From the human T2T-CHM13v2.0 reference genome, Homo sapiens, in NCBI RefSeq assembly GCF_009914755.1, contig NC_060940.1: a DNA stretch of 64,000 bases. One strand, written 5' to 3'. This document shows, piece after piece, positions 54,621 to 64,000 of the stretch. The notes beneath the pieces were generated by a model. It saw only the letters and a program-made list of their open reading frames with translations. It made no database searches and was not told where the DNA came from. Positions within the stretch are counted from its first letter, which is position 1, and each line of letters begins with the position of its first letter. A program made the position numbers and the translations under genes.

Positions 54621-55754
54621 ATTGCAGATGGTATTGTAACAAATAAAAGACTCAAAAAGGGCTTCTAGGCAGCCATCATTTCAGAGTAGGGTGAGGTTTT
54701 CTGGCATTGACTAGCAAAATCAGCAGGCTTAGAACTGTCGTACACAGTGAATTTCAAAGACACAACCTAAATTCTTTTACTGTACTTTATTACTCTCCCT
54801 GCATGACACTCCTCAGGTTCTGTTATCACAGCTGCTACTAGAAATTCCCTGAGTCTTATTAACAGAGCAGTTTCTTGCCGTGGTATTATATAACATACCT
54901 CAGATATCTGCCTTCATCTATATAAATCGAGAATTCCATATGGATATAGTTTTCAAAGGAGGGAGTTCACATAAGGAAATTCTTCTCTTCATAATGCAGA
55001 TGGCAGGATCTAGAGATGCTTCAATGCAAGCACATTTAATAAACAATGGGGCTATGAAAATAAACACACCAGTGGAAAGAGTAGCTGAGCTTGCCCATGA
55101 TATCTAGTGTTCTTCAAATATGCAAATTCATCTCTATAACAAAGTAGGTTTTGATTTTCTAGAATCTGATCATCCAATCATGACAAATCCCTCTGATTAT
55201 TATTTTTTTCCTTGCAAGTTACAATTTAAGGTTCTACACAGTAGCAGTGGGCCTGAGAATATTGGTTGATGTAATTCTTGGTCTTGGTTGAGGCAGAAAC
55301 TTAAGTGAGTGTAACAATTTATATGATCAAATAAAAGCTTCTGAATAATAATAATAATAAAAACATCTTTTCTCCATCTCCCAACTCTCTTAAGTCATTT
55401 AGTGTCTCCACCAAAATGCAATGCCAGTGACTGTGTTGAAACAGCTTAAATGGTGGCACATAAATTCTCACTCTCTTCTACAAAGGAAGTTTCAGAAATT
55501 TGCAAAGGATTAATTGACCTCTCCTTGCCTCCGAATCCTCATATTTAAAACAAGCAATAATACAGAAGAAAAAAAGGCTTATTGTAAGGCTGTTTTCACT
55601 GCTATAGACAGGTACTAGTCTCCCCTTAGAAGGCACCCTTTTTTACCAGGATGGATCAGATGCTGCCATGTATGCCCCTCAACTCTCCTCACCCCACTCC
55701 ACCCGCCTGCTTCCTCTGCCCCTGTTAGCTGTGAGTGCCTCCCAGGAGACCCAG

Positions 55755-55930
55755 CAGCGCTGCTATGTACAGTTGTGCTGGCTGTGCACTGCCCAAGGTC
55801 ACTGGCCTAGGAAATAAACTAGGCCTATACCTAGCTCTTTTTTAATTTGCCTTGCCACAAACTCTGCCAGGAGGAAGGGATGCCTTTATCTAATTCACCT
55901 CACAGGCCTCATGTGGGTCTACAGTGACCC
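55755..55930. mobile_element. MER91A-like (hAT-Tip100)
   Basis: TACAGTTGTGCTGGCTGTGCACTGCCCAAGG..AGGGATGCCTTTATCTAATTCAC. Confidence 0.65.
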
Positions 55931-55939
55931 CAAGACGAG

Positions 55940-56070
55940 GAATCTGGTGAGGTCTAGACCCGTGGGTTCATCCTTGTCATGCTTTGAACCCCAGCACCTG
56001 GCACAATCCTTGGCATATAATGAACACTCAAGAAATGCATAGTCATGAATTGCTGAGTGGATTAATGAAG
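55940..56070 (+). mobile_element. L2 3' end
   Basis: CCCCAGCACCTGGCACAATCCTTGGCATATAATGAACACTCAAGAAATG. Confidence 0.75.
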
Positions 56071-56533
56071 TAATTGGAAGAGACAAGGAAGGAGAAAAGA
56101 GGAAGCCTCTGAATTTTTCCCAGCAAATGAGAGAAAGCTCAGACTGTGGTGGATACAGCAGCGCTGATTCCTGCAATGCCTTGCTCACCTATCTGTTGTT
56201 CCCTATTGACTCATGTATTTCACCAGTCTTCTAGCATAACCTCTCCTCTGAGCTCTCCCAGTTCTAGAGACCAGAAGACACCACTCTGAGAGTAACAAGA
56301 TATGCACAGAGACTATAAAACTAAAGGGACAGGAGCTGAAGAAGGTAGGACTTTCCATTCCCTCCTGCCCTTGCACCCAGATGAAATCAGCAGGACTGCT
56401 CATCTGTGGGACTCTTTTGCAGAAATCATCATTAAACCTGAGGTGTGGTCAGGCAGAGAGGAAGTGGTGGTATCTTAGCTCCAGTACTTGGGCACACTTG
56501 CTAAGTATAACCATAGATTATAACAACTTAGAT

Positions 56534-56844
56534 CAAGAGGCAGCAAACTTTATTTGTAAAGGGCCACGTGGTCTCCATTGCAACTTCTCGGCTCTGGTCG
56601 TTGTAGCAGGTTAGCAGCCATAGACAATGTGCCAATGAGTGGGTATGGCTGGTTCCAACAACACCTTACTTATGGGCACTAAAATTTAAATTTCATATAA
56701 TCTGTATGTGTGATGAAGGAATATCCTTAGAAGAAATTTGTTTTCAACAGTTGAAAAACTCAAAAGCCATTCTTAGCTTGTCAGCAATGGGAAAACAGGC
56801 TTCAGGCTAGCTTTGGCCCATGGGCTTCACTTTGCCTGCTCCTG
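56534..56844. mobile_element. MER58B inserted in a MIR
   Basis: CAAGAGGCAGCAAAC..GCAGCCATAGACAAT..AAAATTTAAATTTCATATAAT..TTTGCCTGCTCCTG; 8-bp TSD ACTTAGAT/GCTTAGAT. Confidence 0.85.
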
Positions 56845-56852
56845 GCTTAGAT

Positions 56853-57070
56853 CGTGCTTACCTGGTGCCCACCACTGTGCCAAGTGTTTGGTTGTTTACA
56901 ACTCACACCAGCTCCTTGAGATGGAGGCTATTAGTACGCCCATTATGCATATAGGAACAGAAACAGAGAGGTTAAGTACCTAGCTGAAGTTCATATGCCT
57001 GGTTAGTGGAAGAGCTGGGATTCAAATCCATGAGTTTGTTTCTGGAATCCTTGTATATAACATAACCTCT
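56853..57070 (-). mobile_element. MIR SINE
   Basis: CACTGTGCCAAGTG..CAGAGAGGTTAAGTACCTAGCTGAAGTTCA..AGAGCTGGGATTCAAATCCA. Confidence 0.8.
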
Positions 57071-57747
57071 ATACTATCCTAGCCCAGTAAGCAAGTGCTT
57101 TCTTCTCTTACAGCCCTTGAAAGCTAAGGATACTCTGGTAATTTACTTATTCATTTTTTTATCCATCCATTCTTAAAACCTCTCCTCAGGTGTGGAGTAT
57201 ACAGAGACACTTCAGCACCATCCCTGACTCTTAGGAGAGTCTAGTGGGCAAGGCAGATGTGTAGCAAGGAATTACAGAAAGATACTTCCAAGATTCTCCA
57301 TCTGGATTTTTTAAGCCTTTTTAGAGAGGAGAGTAGGAAGCCCTCCCCAGATAGACAAGGTAGCACAGACATTTCAGGAGGATTATCAATGAAAGGCACA
57401 GAAGTATTTCACAGGCCTACTCGAAGCCAACTTGCAATCTCCATTGTATTAGTCATCTTTGCTGCAGTAACAAGCAGTCCCCAGATCTCTGTGAAGTATG
57501 ACAGCAAGCATATATTGCTAGCACCCTCTTTTGTGGCTGGGCTGCATCAGCTGTGCTCCAACCTGCAGGTCAAGTTGGATCTGTTCCTTTTGGGTCTCAT
57601 GCTCATCACAGAATGAAGGAGTAAGCACCATCTGGGACACAGTCATCTCATGGCAAGGTGTCAGGAGTGAACAGAGATGTATGGACTCTCAATGACAACT
57701 CCACCCTCCATAGGGAGAGGCACTGCAAAAGCCCATGGCATAGAAGC

Positions 57748-58548
57748 TATAGTAGGCGGAACGGTGGCTTCCTGCTAGGATCTGAATGTTCATGTTTCCC
57801 TAAAATTCATATGTTGAAATCCAATCATCAATGTGATGGTATTAAGAGGTGGAGATTTGAAAGGTGATTAAGTCACGAGAATGGGGTCATCATGAATGGG
57901 GTTAGTGCCTTTATAAAAAGAGGCCCCAAAGAGCTGCCTTGTCCCTTCCCCCATATGAAGACACAGGTAGAAGGCACCATCCACGAACTAGGAAGTGGAC
58001 CCTAACCAGACACCAAATGGGCTGGCACCTTGATTATAGATTTCCCAGCTCCAGAACTGTGCAAAATAAATTTCTGTTGTTTATAAGCTACCCAATATTT
58101 TGTTTCAGTAGCCTCAAAAGACAAAGACACTTCCCCAAAAACATATGTCCATGTCCTAATCCCTACAATCTGTGAATATTACCTTATAGGTCAACATTTG
58201 TGATTTAGTTACAGACCTGGAAGAGTTTGTCCTGGATTATTCTGGTTGACCATAAATGCAGTCATATCTATTATTGTAAGAAAGAGGCAGAGGGAGTTTA
58301 AGGGCAGACACATAGAGAGGTTATATAAAGACAGTAGAGAGAGATGCAGCAGCAAGCCAAGGAATGCCAACAGAGCTGGAAGAGGCAAGCACCGGACCTT
58401 TGCCTGGAGCCTCCAGAAGAACCATGACCCCGCTGACACCTCAGTTTCAGACGGTCTGGCCTCCAGGACTTTGAGAGAATAAATTACTGTTGGCTTAGGC
58501 CACCCAGTTTGTAGTATTTTGTTACAACAGCCACCAGAAATTAATGCA
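57748..58548 (+). mobile_element. MLT1C/D-like LTR (middle of nest)
   Basis: ATATGTCCATGTCCTAATCCC..AAGCCAAGGAATGCC..AGCTGGAAGAGGCAAG..TTTGTTACAACAGCC; 5-bp TSD GAAGC at 57743-57747 and 58549-58553. Confidence 0.85.
57773..58129 (+). mobile_element. MLT1A-like LTR (innermost)
   Basis: TCTGAATGTT..AAAATTCATATGTTGAAATCC..AATAAATTTCTGTTGTTTATAAGC..AAGACA; 5-bp TSD CTTCC at 57768-57772 and 58130-58134. Confidence 0.9.
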
Positions 58549-59327
58549 GAAGCTAAATCTGACACACACACAGAGAGAGAGGGAGAAAGGAACAGTGAAC
58601 AATAATCCCATCTGCCATCTCCACCAACATTCTTCATGGGATGGTGTTATGTTGTTGCCTACTAGGTGGTATGTGCTCTTTGGGGTTAGGCAAACCTCTG
58701 TCTGCACAACAGCCTTCCAGCTTATAGTAACCTAGACAAAAGTCTCCACAAGACCTCTGTCTGCAGAAGCGCAGACACCATGTGTCATACCCCAGTAGTT
58801 GCTTGTCATGAAACTTCCTCTGTCCCCAGCCATCCTACTCCTTCTTCTCTCTAAGCCACTGTTTCTTCACACCACGGTAGAGATTATGAGCTTGACTGGT
58901 CCCACCCAGAGGCTGGGTGGCTGTAGGCAGAAAAAGTACACAAAGTTCTGTTCATCTAATCTCTCCATGGCTCAGAGTATGCTCCCTGGGAAGCATTCTA
59001 GGACTCGTCTCTGGGAAAGGTACACTGCATCAGCATCACAGTGATTTTTTACTAGAAGAGTAAAAAAAGTACCAGTAGAGATGCAGACTGACTTCCTGCT
59101 GGAAACTTTGGGACTCATGGAGGTGTCTGCCTCTCACTTACTGGATGAGACATATAGCTAGACCTTCTCAGAGAGTGTATGGAAGAATCTTGACTGCTGA
59201 CTCAAAATACTGCAAGCCCAGTTTCTCTGTTAGGGAAAATTCACCGCCATATTTTTTGGTGTTGCTATATCCTGATCATGGGCTGGCTCTTGTTTCTCTA
59301 AGCAGAAAAGATCTGACCCACCGCTAG

Positions 59328-59771
59328 TGCATTTGTTGCCTAGGGCTTCCATAAAGGGATCCTGTAACAGGTGGGTTACATCAACAGAAATGTATTCCCT
59401 CCCAGTTCTAGAAGTCCTAAATCAAGGTGTCACCACACTCCCTCTGGAGACCCTGAGAAACTGCCCCAAGCATCTGTCCTAGCTTCTGGTGACTGCCAGC
59501 AAGTCTTGGTGCTCTTTGGGTTCTGTCTACAACACTCCAGCATCTGCCTCCTTGAAGGGTTGTCAGATCCTTCTTTTCCCTCTGTATCTGTCTTTGTGTT
59601 CGCTCCTCTTCTTATAAGGGCACCAGTCATTGGATTTAGGATCCTCCCTAATCCAGTATAACCTCACCTTAATTAATTACATCTGCAACAACTTTATTTC
59701 CAAATAAGTTCACATTCTGGGGTTCTGGGTGGACATAAACTCTGGGGGGACACCAGTCAAGCCACCAGAAC
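59328..59771 (-). mobile_element. MLT1B-like LTR
   Basis: CAACAGAAATGTATT..TCTTCTTATAAGGGCACCAGTCATTGGATTTAGG..TTACATCTGCAA..TTTCCAAATAAG. Confidence 0.85.
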
Positions 59772-60700
59772 AGGCAGTAGGTCTTGTCTGCCTTTCCATT
59801 GGCAGTTAATCTAGCAGAAGTCTTTATTTTATGTCAAAATGCTTGAGGCCACATTGCATTCAAAGTCTAAGTTAATTTTCCTGATTGGTAAATTCTTACT
59901 ACACAAATCTCACAGAGACACCCTGATCCCCTAACTTCAGTGTTGATGCTGAAATTATGCTGACTGTCAAAATTACATCAAACAACTGAAGTTATTTCCA
60001 CCAGAAAAAAATTGATTATTTCACTTTGATTTACACGGCATTCTTCCCCCTCACCTAGAAAAGCTGACTTTGAAATCCCCTTCGGCACCGGACAATGAGA
60101 AGCAGGCTGTGTTTTAAATGGAAAAGAAAACTTCCATTATATTTGATACGTATTTTCTCTCCTTGATTTGAATGTTATAATTGGATTGGTGAGATATTTA
60201 TTAGGAACTCTGTATTTTTCCCCCGCCAGCGGCTTGAAGGGCATCTCTTAACTTGCTTCTCTTTTTGGACTTCTGAGAAGTGGCTGTGAGGTATTATTCC
60301 CAACAAAACTTATTTCTTTCAACCATTTATTTAAGGGTATCAATTTCTTAATAATTCTGAGGATAATTCAGAATAATTTTCACCACCGCTGCAATTTTTA
60401 ACTTCAGTGAATACGTGTCATCTATTTCTCCCAGCCGAGTACCCTCTCAAGAGCCCCTTGTCGTGACAGCCAGAAGGACTCAGAAAGGTACATACGGTGG
60501 AAGGAGCATGGCTCCTGAGGCCCGGCTACTTCCATCAGCCTCACCATTGACTAGCCAAGCACAAGCCTGCTGGCCTCAGGTTACCCATGGCTAAAATAAG
60601 AGCATTAGGCTTAACAAGTAGCCTGAAAACTTTTAAAGCTTCTGTTTTACCGAACTCTTAACCTTAAGAACAACGTGAAAAACAGACTAAAGACTCATCA

Positions 60701-60990
60701 GGCTAGGCACAGTGGGTCATGCGCCTAACTCCAGCACTTTGGGAGGCCAAGGTGGGTGGGTGGCTTGAGGTCACAAATTCGAGACCACTCTGGGCAATAT
60801 GGCTAAACCCTGTGTCTACAAAACATACAAAAATTAGCTGAGCGTGGTGGTGCACACCTGTAGTCCCAGCTACTCAGGAGGCTGGGGTGAGAGGATGGCC
60901 TGAGCCCAGGAGGTGGAGGTTGCAGTGAGCTGAGATTGCACCACTGCACTCCAGCCTAGGTAACAGAGTTAGACCTTGTCTCCAAAAATA
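60701..60990 (+). mobile_element. AluJ whose tail became a microsatellite
   Basis: Full dimer; TSD TAAAGACTCAT(C/T)A at 60688-60700 and 61083-61095. Confidence 0.9.
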
Positions 60991-61025
60991 AATAAATATA
61001 AATATAAATATAAATATAAATATAA

Positions 61026-61084
<59 letters not shown>
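60991..61084. repeat. (AAATAT)n + (TA)n microsatellite
   Basis: Direct reading; lies inside the Alu TSD. Confidence 0.95.
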
Positions 61085-61087
<3 letters not shown>

Positions 61088-61095
61088 ACTCATTA

Positions 61096-61300
61096 GCTCA
61101 ATGAGGGTTTGCCTGTGGAGAGTGGTAGGGGATTAATTATAAAAAAAAACCCAAGGGAACTCTGTAGGGTGATGGAAATATTCTTTACTCTCTTTAACGT
61201 GGTGGTTACATGGGATAATCCACTCATCAAATTCATCAAACAGTACACTAAAACTACACACATCTTAGTAAATATAATTAAGCCTCAATAATGTGGATTA
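61096..61300 (+). mobile_element. L1ME-like 3' fragment
   Basis: CAAGGGAACTCTGTAGGGTGATGGAAATATTCT..GTGGTGGTTACATGGG..TCAAATTCATCAAAC. Confidence 0.65.
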
Positions 61301-62669
61301 AAAAGCTATCAGCTTTTATCAAAGGAATTGGGTCAAAGTATGTAAAAATCAGTAAACTATCTAACATTCTCAAGTAGTAGCATTGCAGGAGAGCCTGGGG
61401 GTTCAAATTCAAGATATTAAGTTGCTAAGAAGGACAGCTTGGTTTACGGGCTGGGCACAAGTTCAGAAATCAATTATTTCTGAATTTGAATGAAGAATGC
61501 CCAAGATTTTATTAAGTTTGTCCTTTGTTTCTCTTTGTTCAACAACCACCTTGTTTCTATTTTATTCACTCACTCAACACGTTTTTATTGAGTGTCTACA
61601 CTGCTCCAGAAACGATGCTAAGTAGTTAAATCCCTTGATATACTAGCCACAACCACAAAGCGACCATCATTTAGATAAGTTAAAATTTTTATTTACAAGG
61701 ACTCACATTTTCTAAGAGCTTTATAAAAAATTTTGATAATTAAAAAAGTTTACTACAAAATTAAAGTACATAAAATTCTTTAGGACTGAGAACTTAAGCC
61801 ACTATCATCCCCAGTTTAAAATCTCTTCTCTTTTCTTTGAGATACATCTCCCTACTGGACAGAAATCAATGATCATACTGCCTTCTTTTGATCATTCTTT
61901 GTGGATTTCATTGTGGCTGGATTCTCTGACTCTACTCTCCAGAGTGTGAACTCCTGTTCATCTTTGCCTACAGAGGAACTGCTTTGTTTAGTTTTCTTGG
62001 ACAAGAAAAATCACATGAGTGTTCCTGCTTCCCTTTTTACTTTGGTCACCAGGAAGCTCAGAACTAATTGTGTGGCCCAATCAGAGCAACTGTGTTGAAT
62101 TGCTTGGTCCGTGTTTCTGCCTTATGGTTACTCCGTAGTCTTGACCTTCTTTCATAATGTGTAATTCTGTCATTATCTTATTTTTACTTTTTTGGTAATT
62201 TCTTAAGTGTTGATTTGTCACTATATCCTATAAACCACTTATAAAATTAGGCCAAATATTAATAAATAAAACTATTAAATCCATAATTTCTGTCTGTAAC
62301 ATGTTAACTGTTACATTGCAGGGGCTCAGTAAATATCCCCAAATTTCTCCCAACCTCACAGTTTTCAAGAAAGGATAAGTTCTTCCACTCATGTTCTTTT
62401 AAATACTGCCTATCAGAGGGTGTTATCTAAAATTAAATATTCAGATGTGACTTTTCACCTTCTGTTTGGGCCATCTTAACTTGGCCGTTATGCTGTAGCC
62501 TGAGTTTAAATACACTTAAGCTGAGATATTTGAAACCATTTTTAGAAAGAAGGAGAACCAAACTAAAATGCCTAATAGGAGTCATCCAGTTTCCCTCCCC
62601 TTTTGTCCCTTATAGCTGATAGCCTCCACCTGACACCAACTACCTGTCCCCACCACTCAGATAAGCATG

Positions 62670-62890
62670 ATATAACAGAAGGAACTCAGGCTTTGGAGAT
62701 AGTAAGAATGAATTCCAGTTCAGCTTCTTATAGCTGCATAACTTCGACAAGTTACTAACTTCTTTGAGCCTATGCTTTCTTATTTTGGAGACAAAAACAA
62801 GTATCTTATTGGGATTTCTCTGAAGATTAGGTGGGAATCCCATGTAACATAATGTGTGGCATAAAACAATTACCCAATAATTCTTACTTG
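62670..62890 (+). mobile_element. MIR SINE
   Basis: CAGGCTTTGGAG..ACAAGTTACTAACTTCTTTGAGCCT..TGAAGATTAG. Confidence 0.7.
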
Positions 62891-62895
62891 AATGG

Positions 62896-62929
<34 letters not shown>

Positions 62930-63052
62930 AAATGGATAGAGGATGGAAGATGGATGGGTGAATGGATGGATAAATAAATGAATGGATGAATGTATGTTTG
63001 ATGGATGGATGGATGACGGATAGATGGATGGATGAGTGGATGATGGATGGAT
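62891..63052. repeat. (TGGA)n degenerate tract
   Basis: Direct reading. Confidence 0.93.
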
Positions 63053-64000
63053 ATAAAATGAAACTATGTCTTCAAACCTGGCAATCTCATACATTGGACT
63101 AAAGAAGCTGTTCTCTGTATTTTCTTGCCAGAGTTTGGAGGGGACAATATACATTTTCCTCATCTCTTTTCCCTTGACTACAAGACTATGACTTGTATGA
63201 ATGCCTTGTACGAACACACACATTCACAAACACATACACACACAGTGTGGAGTTACTATTCTGTTTCTCAGGGGTGTCCAATTCTGTTTGGGGGTTGCCA
63301 CATTTGCCCTTTTGGAGTATGCCCTCATCTGCAAGTATTTATAGCATTTTTCACATTTTAGAAAAACAAAACCCTGAGGATGACTGAGAACAGCCTTGTC
63401 TTCAGCTACGTTTTCAAACACAGATCTTACCTACAAGGTAAGTTATTTTATTAACTCATTTTTAAACTAAAAATTCCAAGTAGGAGGAAAACAGGTGGAA
63501 GATATTGCTGCTTCACAAAATTTTGTAAAGCATTGACATTTTTCTTTTCTGAAAAACAGCCAAAAAACACAATTCAAAATGTAATCTGGAAATCCTGATT
63601 ATGGATTTCATTCCCTGCCCCAGTGTTCCTCTACAGAGTGAGGGGCAACTAAGTAACAAGGGCTTTTCTACTGCAAGGTGACAATTTGAAGGGTTTTGTA
63701 TATTTTGTGAGGCTGGTTTGTCCTTGTCCCTCAGTCACGGGACAGGGGGGAAGCTTGTCAAAGGAGGAAGATTAAAATTTATAAAAAGGCCACAGAAAAG
63801 GGGACCCGTTGTTCCTAGGGGAAGAGTCCTCTGATCACCAGTATGTCCGGAAGCTCTTGCTTCCTGTCCAAAGCATAGCACTAAGACAAACAGCCACTCC
63901 CAGGGCGCAGGGACCGGAGACAATGCAGATCTCAGGGCCCGAGGGATGCATCACTGAGGGAGCCACGACTGGTCTCTGGGCCTGACGGTAAACCAGGGCT

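Larger units (their letters stand above)
57445..58620 (-). mobile_element. MLT1I-like LTR (outermost of a triple LTR nest)
   Basis: TGTATTAGTCATCTTTGCTGCAGTAACAA start; resumes after 58553 with GAACAATAATCCCATCTGCCA. Confidence 0.65.

Overview
Primate (human-like) non-coding genomic DNA, intronic or intergenic. I found no supportable protein-coding exon, RNA gene, CpG island or CRISPR array, and I cannot name the locus. Much of the window is recognisable interspersed repeat: Alu, MIR, L2, old L1M, MLT1/MER21 LTRs, a Tigger1 transposase fossil and MER1A/2/5A/53/58/81/91 MITEs. Many have visible target-site duplications (TSDs) and several are nested. Subfamily names come from recalled consensus sequences, not a search, and old-repeat boundaries are approximate. 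The main structure ordinary repeat annotation does not explain is a pair of nested inverted duplications. The outer pair has ~550-bp arms at 30822-31376 and 39222-39749 that share an L1-tail/unique/L2 junction, the pattern expected from a staggered-break inversion of ~7.8 kb. The inner pair has ~95-bp arms at 33649-33746 and 34727-34819. The same interval holds a 42-bp (2x21) minisatellite that keeps a 261-codon frame open, and a ~500-bp polypyrimidine tract lies just outside it. Several repeat-free islands carry homeodomain/SOX/FOX/POU motif clusters and are candidate enhancers. I see no convincing evidence of a new gene system.
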